This document shows, piece after piece, positions 53,201-62,461 of a stretch of DNA of 64,000 nucleotides. Below the pieces are notes generated by a model. That model saw nothing but the letters and a program-made list of their open reading frames with translations. It made no database searches and was not told the DNA's origin. The position numbers were made by a program, and so were the translations under genes. This stretch comes from Eledone cirrhosa (lineage: Eukaryota): positions 186,001 to 250,000 of the forward strand of contig OZ024764.1 in the NCBI GenBank assembly GCA_964016885.1. Direction: 5' to 3'. Each line of letters starts with the position of its first letter. Within the stretch, counting starts at the first letter, position 1.

Positions 53201-56200
53201 AGTTCATAACTTTGAAGTTAAGAACTGTTGGAAAGGAGTTAATTACTTTGAAGTTATGAACTGTTGGAAAGGAGTTCATAACTTTGGAGTTATGAACTGT
53301 TGGAAAGGAGTTCACAACTTTGAAGTTATGAACTGTTGGAAAGGAGTTCATAACTTTGAAGTTAAGAACTTTTGGAAAGGAGTTCATAACTTTGGAGTTA
53401 AGAACTGTTGGAAAGGAGTTCACAACTTTGAAGTTATGAACTGTTGGAAAGGAGTTCATAACTTTGGAGTTATGAACTGTTGGAAAGGAGTTCATAACTT
53501 TGGAGTTATGAACTGTTGGAAAGGAGTTCATAACTTTGAAGTTAAGAACTGTTGGAAAGGAGTTCACAACTTTGAAGTTATGAACTGTTGGAAAGGAGTT
53601 CATAACTTTGGAGTTATGAACTGTTGGAAAGGAGTTCATAACTTTGAAGTTAAGAACTGTTGGAAAGGAGTTCACAACTTTGAAGTTATGAACTGTTGGA
53701 AAGGAGTTCATAACTTTGGAGTTATGAACTGTTGGAAAGGAGTTCATAACTTTGGAGTTATGAACTGTTGGAAAGTAGTTCATAACTTTGAATTTATGAA
53801 CTGTTGGAAAGGAGTTCATAACTTTGAAGTTATGAACTGTTGGAAAGGAGTTCATAACTTTGGAGTTATGAACTGTTGGAAAGGAGTTCATAACTTTGGA
53901 GTTATGAACTGTGGGAAAGGAGTTCATAACTTTGGAGTTAAGAACTGTTGGAAATGAGTTCATAACTTTGAAGTTATGAACTGTTGGAAAGGACTTCATA
54001 ACTTTGAAGTTAAGAACTGTTGGAAAGGAGTTCATAACTTTGGAGTTATAACTTGGAGTTATGAACTGTTGGAAAGGAGTTCATAACTTTGGAGTTATGA
54101 ACTGTTGGAAAGGAGTTCATAACTTTGAAGTTATGAACTGTTGGAAAGGAGTTCATAACTTTGAAGTTATGAACTGTTGGAAAGGAGTTCATAACTTTGG
54201 AGTTATGAACTGTTGGAAAGGAGTTCATAACTTTGAAGTTATGAACTGTTGGAAAGGAGTTAATTACTTTGGAGTTATGAACTGTTGGAAAGGAGTTTAT
54301 AACTTTGGAGTTATGAACTGTTGGAAAGGAGTTTATAACTTTGGAGTTAAGAACTGTTGGAAAGGAGTTCATAACTTTGAAGTTATGAACTGTTGGAAAG
54401 GAGTTCATAACTTTGAAGTTAAGAACTGTTGGAAAGGAGTTAATTACTTTGAAGTTATGAACTGTTGGAAAGGAGTTCATAACTTTGAAGTTATGGACTG
54501 TTGGAAAGGAGTTCATAACTTTGAAGTTATGAACTGTTGGAAAGGAGTTCATAACTTTGAAGTTATGAACTGTTGGAAAGGAGTTAATTACTTTGAAGTT
54601 ATGAACTGTTGGAAAGGAGTTCATAACTATGAAGTTAAGAACTGTCGGAAAGGATTTCATAACTTTGGAGTTATGAACTGTTGGAAAGGAGTTAATTACT
54701 TTGAAGTTATGAACTGTTGGAAAGGAGTTCATAACTTTGAAGTTATGAACTGTTGGAAAGGAGTTCATAACTTTGAAGTTATGAACTGTTGGAAAGGAGT
54801 TCATAACTTTGAAGTTATGAACTGTTGGAAAGGAGTTCATAACTTTGAAGTTAAGAACTGTTGGAAAGGAGTTCATAACTTTGAAGTTATGAACTGTTGG
54901 AAAGGAGTTCATAACTTTGAAGTTATGAACTGTTGGAAAGGAGTTCATAACTTTGAAGTTATGAACTGTTGGAAAGGAGTTAATTACTTTGAAGTTATGA
55001 ACTGTTGGAAAGGAGTTCATAACTTTGAAGTTATGGACTGTTGGAAAGGAGTTCATAACTTTGGAGTTATGAACTGTTGGAAAGGAGTTAATTACTTTGA
55101 AGTTATGAACTGTTGGAAAGGAGTTAATTACTTTGAAGTTACGAACTGTTGGAAAGGAGTTCATAACTTTGAAGTTATGAACTGTTGGAAAGGAGTTAAT
55201 TACTTTGAAGTTATGAACTGTTGGAAAGGAGTTAATTACTTTGAAGTTACGAACTGTTGGAAAGGAGTTCATAACTTTGGATTTATGAACTGTTGGAAAG
55301 GAGTTGATAACTTTGAAGTTATGAATTGTTGGAAAGGAGTTCATAACTTTGGAGTTAAGAACTGTTGGAAAGGAGTTCATAACTTTGAAGTTAAGAACTG
55401 TTGGAAAGGAGTTCATAACTTTGAAGTTATGAACTGTTGGAAAGGAGTTCATAGCTTTGGAGTTATGAACTGTTGGAAAGGAGTTCATAACTTTGAAGTT
55501 ATGAACTGTTGGAAAGGAGTTCATAACTTTGAAGTTAAGAACTGTTGGAAAGGAGTTAATTACTTTGAAGTTATGAACTGTTGGAAAGGAGTTCATAACT
55601 TTGGAGTTATGAACTGTTGGAAAGGAGTTCACAACTCTGAAGTTATGAACTGTTGGAAAGGAGTTCATAACTTTGAAGTTAAGAACTTTTGGAAAGGAGT
55701 TCATAACTTTGGAGTTAAGAACTGTTGGAAAGGAGTTCACAACTTTGAAGTTATGAACTGTTGGAAAGGAGTTCATAACTTTGGAGTTATGAACTGTTGG
55801 AAAGGAGTTCATAACTTTGGAGTTATGAACTGTTGGAAAGGAGTTCATAACTTTGAAGTTAAGAACTGTTGGAAAGGAGTTCACAACTTTGAAGTTATGA
55901 ACTGTTGGAAAGGAGTTCATAACTTTGGAGTTATGAACTGTTGGAAAGGAGTTCATAACTTTGGAGTTATGAACTGTTGGAAAGTAGTTCATAACTTTGA
56001 ATTTATGAACTGTTGGAAAGGAGTTCATAACTTTGAAGTTATGAACTGTTGGAAAGGAGTTCATAACTTTGGAGTTATGAACTGTTGGAAAGGAGTTCAT
56101 AACTTTGGAGTTATGAACTGTGGGAAAGGAGTTCATAACTTTGGAGTTAAGAACTGTTGGAAATGAGTTCATAACTTTGAAGTTATGAACTGTTGGAAAG

Positions 56201-58362
56201 GACTTCATAACTTTGAAGTTAAGAACTGTTGGAAAGGAGTTCATAACTTTGGAGTTATGAACTGTTGGAAAGGAGTTCATAACTTTGGAGTTATGAACTG
56301 TTGGAAAGGAGTTCATAACTTTGAAGTTATGAACTGTTGGAAAGGAGTTCATAACTTTGAAGTTATGAACTGTTGGAAAGGAGTTCATAACTTTGGAGTT
56401 ATGAACTGTTGGAAAGGAGTTCATAACTTTGGAGTTATGAACTGTGGGAAAGGAGTTCATAACTTTGGAGTTAAGAACTGTTGGAAAGGAGTTCATAACT
56501 TTGAAGTTATGAACTGTTGGAAAGGACTTCATAACTTTGAAGTTAAGAACTGTTGGAAAGGAGTTGATAACTTTGGAGTTATGAACTGTTGGAAAGGAGT
56601 TCATAACTTTGGAGTTATGAACTGTTGGAAAGGAGTTCATAACTTTGAAGTTATGAACTGTTGGAAAGGAGTTCATAACTTTGAAGTTATGAACTGTTGG
56701 AAAGGACTTCATAACTTTGAAGTTAAGAACTGTTGGAAAGGAGTTCATAACTTTGGAGTTAGGAACTGTTGGAAAGGAGTTCATAACTTTGGAGTTATGA
56801 ACTGTTGGAAAGGAGTTCATAACTTTGAAGTTATGAACTGTTGGAAAGGAGTTCATAACTTTGAAGTTATGAACTGTTGGAAAGGAGTTCATAACTTTGA
56901 AGTTATGAACTGTTGGAAAGGAGTTTATAACTTTGGAGTTATGAACTGTTGGAAAGGAGTTCATAACTTTGGAGTTATGAACTGTTGGAAAGGAGTTCAT
57001 AACTTTGAAGTTATGAACTGTTAGAAAGGAGTTCATAACTTTGGAGTTATGAACTGTTGGAAAGGAGTTCATAACTTTGAAGTTATGAACTGTTGGAAAG
57101 GAGTTCATAACTTTGAAGTTATGAACTGTTGGAAAGGAGTTCATAACTTTGAAGTTAAGAACTGTTGGAAAGGAGTTCATAACTTTGGAGTTATGAACTG
57201 TTGGAAAGGAGTTCATAACTTTGGAGTTATGAACTGTTGGAAAGGAGTTCATAACTTTGGAGTTATGAACTGTTGGAAAGGAGTTCATAACTTTGAAGTT
57301 ATGAACTGTTGGAAAGGAGTTCATAACTTTGGAGTTATGAACTGTTGGAAAGGAGTTCATAACTTTGAAGTTATGAACTGTTGGAAAGGAGTTCATAACT
57401 TTGAAGTTATGAACTGTTGGAAAGGAGTTCATAACTTTGAAGTTAAGAACTGTTGGAAAGGAGTTCATAACTTTGGAGTTATGAACTGTTGGAAAGGAGT
57501 TCATAACTTTGGAGTTATGAACTGTTGGAAAGGAGTTCATAACTTTGAAGTTATGAACTGTTGGAAAGGATTTCATAACTTTGAAGTTAAGAACTGTTGG
57601 AAAGGAGTTCATAACTTTGGAGTTATGAACTGTGGGAAAGGACTTCATAACTTTGAAGTTAAGAACTGTTGGAAAGGAGTTGATAACTTTGGAGTTATGA
57701 ACTGTTGGAAAGGAGTTCATAACTTTGGAGTTATGAACTGTGGGAAAGGAGTTCATAACTTTGGAGTTAAGAACTGTTGGAAAGGAGTTCATAACTTTGA
57801 AGTTATGAACTGTTGGAAAGGATTTCATAACTTTGAAGTTAAGAACTGTTGGAAAGGAGTTCATAACTTTGGAGTTATGAACTGTGGGAAAGGACTTCAT
57901 AACTTTGAAGTTAAGAACTGTTGGAAAGGAGTTCATAACTTTGGAGTTATGAACTGTTGGAAAGGAGTTCATAACTTTGGAGTTATGAACTGTGGGAAAG
58001 GACTTCATAACTTTGAAGTTAAGAACTGTTGGAAAGGAGTTCATAACTTTGGAGTTATGAACTGTTGGAAAGGAGTTCATAACTTTGGAGTTATGAACTG
58101 TTGGAAAGGAGTTCACAACTTTGAAGTTATGAACTGTTGGAAAGGAGTTCATAACTTTGGAGTTAAGAACTGTTGGAAAGGAGTTCATAACTTTGAAGTT
58201 AAGAACTGTTGGAAAGGAGTTCAGAACTTTGGAGTTATAAACTGTTGGAAAGGAGTTCATAACTTTGAAGTTATGAACTGTTGGAAAGGAGTTCATAACT
58301 TTGAAGTTAAGAACTGTTGGAAAGGAGTTCACAACTTTGAAGTTATGAACTGTTGGAAAGGA
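5241..58362. repeat. Giant 36-bp palindromic satellite array (~53.1 kb, ~1,475 monomers) with higher-order repeats
   Basis: Consensus AAGTTATGAACT-GTTGGAAAGG-AGTTCATAACTT-TG, where the two 12-mers are exact reverse complements. Head-to-tail, uninterrupted, no spacers. Recurrent variants include gaa/gga, atg/aag, cat/tat, aattac, ggattt and tgtatagc. Confidence 0.99.
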
Positions 58363-58557
58363 AAAGAAGGAAAAGAAGAACAAGAAGGAGGAGAAGGAGG
58401 AGGAGAAGAAGAAGAAGAAGGCAAAAAATAATAAGAAGAACAAGAAAGGGGAGGAGGAGAAGAAAAAGAAAAATAAGGAGAAGAAGAAGAAGGCAAAAAA
58501 GAAGAAAAAGGCGAAGGAAAAAAGAAAAAGCAGGAGGAGAAGAAGAAAAACAGAAAG
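58363..58557. repeat. Purine-rich (GAA/GGA/AAG) low-complexity tract abutting the satellite end
   Basis: Nearly pure A/G on the + strand. It grades out of the last monomer through GGAAAGGA. Confidence 0.9.
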
Positions 58558-58719
58558 ACACTTTGAGATTTAAATTTTAAAAAAAAAGAAAGTTATTTTA
58601 TTTACCAAAGAAATATTTAAAAGAAATTCTTAAGATTTTACAACAATTTTTTTTCTATTTACAAAGTCTTGTCGAGACAACTTCTCTCTCTTGTTTTCTC
58701 TTCCTCTCACTGTATATTC

Positions 58720-59022
58720 CAGTTAAGCTCAGCCCAATTTAGTTAAGCTCAGCTCAATTTAGTTCAGTTAAACTCAGCTCAATTTCGTTCAGCCCAATTT
58801 AGTTAGGCTCAGCCCAATTTAGTTAAGCTCAGCCCAATTTAGTTAAGCTCAGCTCAATTTAGTTCAGTTAAGCTCAGCTCAATTTAGTTCAGTTAAGCTC
58901 AGCTCAATTTAGTTCAGTTAATTCATCTGAATTTAGTTCAGTTAAGTTCAGCTGAATTTAGTTCAGCCCAATTTTGTTCAGCTCTGTTCAGCTTAGCTTG
59001 ATTTACTTCAGCTCAGTTCAGT
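58720..59022. repeat. Pentamer-based minisatellite (AGTTA/AGCTC/AGCCC/AATTT/AGTTC; 20-25-bp higher unit)
   Basis: For example AGTTAAGCTCAGCCCAATTT repeated, with 5-bp periodicity that decays to the right. Confidence 0.85.
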
Positions 59023-59127
59023 TTACATGTTTTATAGATTTGTAAACCTTTCAAACCCACCACCTTCACTCTCACATTCAGCGTCTTTCTGTCTACTATA
59101 TCTACAGTCACAGAATCTCTCTATATG

Positions 59128-59303
59128 ACAACAACAACAACAACAACTACTACAGACAAACACTTGTTTTGTAGAGGGTTTTTTTTTCTTTTGAAAATTT
59201 ATATTTATATTTACATAGAATATACCACATTATATATATTGCTTTAATAATAATAATAATATACCAATATTATTATTATTATTATTATTATTGTTATTGT
59301 TAA
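59128..59303. repeat. Trinucleotide microsatellites: (ACA)n/(CTA)n, and (AAT)n facing (ATT)n
   Basis: acaacaaca... at ~59128-59153; aataataat... at ~59246-59260 followed by attattatt... at ~59269-59292. Confidence 0.85.
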
Positions 59304-59367
59304 TATTCAGACAAGGAGGAAGGGAGGGAGGGCGGGAGGGACTCTCTCTCTCTCTCTACATAGTGTT

Positions 59368-59574
59368 AATATATATATATATATTATTTGTGTGTATCTA
59401 TGTATGTATGTATGCATTTATGTGTGTGTATATGTCTGTGTGTGCGTGTGTATATATATATATATATATATATGTATATGAGCCAATGCCGGAGTTAGTT
59501 ACATAATATTTAGTACTGATAGAAATAGCAGCCAAATCTCCTTCAAATCAGGCCTTACTGTGTATTTAAGCGTG

Positions 59575-59621
<47 letters not shown>

Positions 59622-59801
59622 ATATAATATATATAATACACACACACACACAATATAAACATATATATATATAGACACACACATACATAATATAAACATA
59701 TATATATACACACACACACATACACAATATAAACACACATATAAACATATAAACATATATATATATATATAGATACACACACACACATACATAATATAAA
59801 C

Positions 59802-59836
<35 letters not shown>

Positions 59837-59892
59837 TACATAATATAAACATAAACATATATATATATATACACACACACATACATAATATA

Positions 59893-59934
<42 letters not shown>

Positions 59935-59970
59935 TACATAATATAAACATATATATATATATACACATGC
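59368..59970. repeat. Compound (TA)n/(TG)n/(CA)n microsatellite with a repeated CACATACATAATATAAACATATA module
   Basis: Dinucleotide runs. The module recurs about 7-8 times between 59630 and 59965. Confidence 0.9.
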
Positions 59971-60402
59971 ATATTTTTTTAAAATATGTATTGTTTTACT
60001 GTTCCAGTAAAAATACACAGAAATGTCATCACCTTCACCCTCACTACACCAAACCCTACACCCCCATTGTTGTAGAGGCGTGATATAGGGTCAGGGGGGA
60101 GAGCAAGAGAGGGGGGGGACAGGGAATCTGTCTGTCTGTCTGATTGTCAACTTTTTACAGTGTCATTGTTGTAAGGAGACAATAAGAGATTTAAAAAAAA
60201 AAAAAAAACCTTCTCTCATTCACCTATCACCCCAGCCCTTTCTGACTCCCTCCACCCCTACAACCCCCACCCAGGCACCAGAAACTCAAGAAACCCCCTC
60301 TCACACACACACACCTTGTCTCTTCTTCAAAATTTGACCAACCATCACCCCTCTCCCTCTCCCCCACGAAATTTTGACCAGGTTCGAAATTATCTTTTTT
60401 AA

Positions 60403-60959
60403 CCCTTTAACATTTAAACCGGCCACATCCGGCCAGAATTCTCTCACCTCTTTATGTTCAAACCAGCTGTAACCAGCCTCTCATACTGATGTTAAGGTAT
60501 TGTTCTCAAAATAAATAACATCAAAATCTCATAGATTACATACAATTGTTTCTACTTTTGGCACAAGGCCAGCAATTACCTCAGTGTATTACTGGTACTT
60601 TATTTTATCGACCCCCGTAATAATTGTTTCTAATTTTAGCACAAGGCCAGCAATTACCCCAGTGTATTACTGGTACTTTATTTTATCAACCCTGTAATAA
60701 TTGTTTCTACTTTTAGCACAAGGCCAGCAATTACCCCAGTGTATTACTGGTACTTTATTTTATCGACCCGGTAAGGATGAAAGGCAAAGTTAACCTGGGC
60801 AGGATTCGAAATCAGAATGTAAAGGGCCGCAACTGTGTGCTACAAAGCATGGTGTCCGGCCCTCTACCGATACTGCCAAAGTGTGAGATAATTATGTGAG
60901 GTAAAGTGTTTACCCCCAAAATACAATAGTATATATGGAGTAATGTAAATGTTAAAGGG
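60403..60959. mobile_element. piggyBac-like MITE (TTAA TSD, 14-bp perfect TIRs) carrying a nested SINE
   Basis: TTAA (60399-60402) + CCCTTTAACATTTA (60403-60416) ... TAAATGTTAAAGGG (60946-60959) + TTAA (60960-60963). CCC...GGG ends with a TTAA target are piggyBac hallmarks. No transposase ORF. Confidence 0.85.
60544..60878 (-). mobile_element. tRNA-derived SINE with its ~77-bp 3' segment present three times in tandem
   Basis: AATTGTTTCTA...GCACAAGGCCAGCAATTACC..AGTGTATTACTGGTACTTTATTTTATC starts at 60544, 60622 and 60699. It continues into AAGGATGAAAGGCAAAGTTAACC...GGATTCGAAATCAGAA (minus-strand B box TTCGAATCC). Confidence 0.85.
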
Positions 60960-61106
60960 TTAACCTGTTTTATTTTTATCTTCCCATTAACCCCTCCTTA
61001 AAATTCTACCCTCCACCATCCACCCCCCATATTGGGAGGGACGGTGGTGGCAGATGTGAAGGAGGAGGGGGAGTAGAGCGTTTCTATTCATCCTCCACCC
61101 CCTCCT

Positions 61107-61154
<48 letters not shown>

Positions 61155-61156
<2 letters not shown>

Positions 61157-61231
61157 GGGTGTCCCTAAAAATGTATACATACTTTAATAACATTCTAATC
61201 AAAGTGTGCATACATATTTGGGGACACCTTG
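61155..61231. mobile_element. Miniature inverted-repeat element (Tc1/mariner-like TIR CAGGGTGTCCC), copy 1
   Basis: CAGGGTGTCCCTAAAAATGTATACATACTTT ... AAAGTGTGCATACATATTTGGGGACACCTTG: imperfect ~31-bp inverted arms around a short spacer, embedded in TA repeat. Confidence 0.65.
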
Positions 61232-61249
61232 TCCACATACATATAGGTA

Positions 61250-61323
<74 letters not shown>

Positions 61324-61478
61324 TATATACATATATGTATATATATATATACACATATATATATATACATATATGTATATATATACACATATATATATAC
61401 ATATTTGTATATATATATATATATATATACATATATGTATATATATGTATATACATATATATATACATATATATATAT

Positions 61479-61540
61479 GTCATCATCATCATCATCATCG
61501 TTTAACGTCCATTTTCCACACGAGCATGGGTTAGACGGAT
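61479..61540 (-). mobile_element. 3' tail fragment of an RTE-like LINE or its partner SINE, ending in (GAT)n
   Basis: Minus strand reads CCGTCTAACCCATGCTCGTGTGGAAAATGGACGTTAAACGATGATGATG... A short tandem-repeat tail is typical of RTE-clade 3' ends. Family assignment is from memory. Confidence 0.55.
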
Positions 61541-61541
61541 G

Positions 61542-61575
<34 letters not shown>

Positions 61576-61912
61576 TATACATACATATATAATATATATG
61601 TATATATATATATATATACATATATAATATATATGTATATATATATATACATATATAATATATATGTATATATATATATACATATATGTATATATACATA
61701 TATATACATATATGTATATATATATATATACATATATGTATATATACATACATATATGTATATATACATATACATATATGTATATATATGTATATATATA
61801 TATACATATATGTATATATATGTATATATATATACATATATATACATATATATACATATATATATGTATATATATGTATATACATATATATACATATATA
61901 TATGTATATATA

Positions 61913-61943
<31 letters not shown>

Positions 61944-61948
61944 GTATA

Positions 61949-61992
<44 letters not shown>

Positions 61993-62013
61993 TATATATT
62001 TATGTCCATGTAA

Positions 62014-62046
<33 letters not shown>

Positions 62047-62114
62047 TATATATACATATATATATATATATATAGATATATATATATATATTTATGTATA
62101 TACACATGCACACT

Positions 62115-62192
62115 CAGGGTGTCCCAAAAAATGTATACACACTTCAAAAGCATTCTGATCAGAGTATGTATACATTATTTTGGAACACCCTA
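62115..62192. mobile_element. Miniature inverted-repeat element (Tc1/mariner-like), copy 2
   Basis: CAGGGTGTCCCAAAAAATGTATACACACTTC ... AGAGTATGTATACATTATTTTGGAACACCCTA. Homologous to 61155-61231, including the spacer CATTCT(A/G)ATC. Confidence 0.65.
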
Positions 62193-62270
62193 TATATATG
62201 TTATAGTGTTTGTTCCAACCTCCAGTCAGTACAGAGTTCAAATCCCAGGAAAGGAAAGATATGATGGTAA

Positions 62271-62440
62271 AGGTTTCTACTTTAGACACAAGGGGGGGGG
62301 GGGGGGGGGTCGATTAAATTGACCCTTAGTGTATTACTGGTACTTTATTTTATCAAGCCCTGTAAGGATGAACGGCAAAGCTAACCTCAGCGGGATTTGA
62401 ACTCGGAACGTAAAGGGACGTAACTATGCGATAAAGCATT
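62271..62440 (-). mobile_element. tRNA-derived SINE, same family as 5101 and 60544, retaining the poly-G/GTCGATT segment
   Basis: GTTTCTACTTTAGACACAAG(G)nTCGATTAAATTGACCCTTAGTGTATTACTGGTACTTTATTTTATC...AAGGATGAACGGCAAAGCTAACCTCAGCGGGATTTGAACTCGGAACG. Minus-strand B box GAGTTCAAATCCC. Confidence 0.8.
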
Positions 62441-62461
62441 GATATATGATAATAGTTTTGT

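Larger units (their letters stand above)
61108..62106. repeat. Long compound (TA)n/(TATG)n/(TACA)n microsatellite
   Basis: About 1 kb of TA-based repeat. It is the source of the Y/I-rich spurious ORFs. Confidence 0.95.

Noticed and set aside
5241-58362. CRISPR array (36-bp palindromic repeat starting GTT...)
   Set aside because: Monomers are head-to-tail with no unique spacers, there are no cas genes or leader, and the context is eukaryotic (SINEs, spliced exon).
5244-58431. Plus-strand Cys/Trp-rich ORFs (MNCWKGVHNFEV repeats) and ELRTVGKEFITL ORFs
   Set aside because: These are translations of the satellite, repeatedly broken by stop-creating variants, with no unique domains.
54046-58443. 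1,465-aa ORF with an apparent hydrophobic signal-like N-terminus
   Set aside because: The start is TTG, not ATG. The F/L/S-rich N-terminus is just the reverse complement of the GAA-rich tract.
58343-58580. Protamine-like Arg-rich 75-aa ORF and Leu-rich antisense ORF
   Set aside because: Low-complexity purine tract with a non-ATG start inside the satellite; no evidence of a gene.
58720-59022. Pentamer repeat as the ancestor of the 36-bp monomer (shared AGTTA/AGTTC)
   Set aside because: Similarity is limited to 5-mers in AT-rich DNA and is not distinguishable from chance.
59291-62322. Many Y/I/C/V-rich ORFs
   Set aside because: Translations of (TA)n, (TG)n and (CA)n microsatellites.
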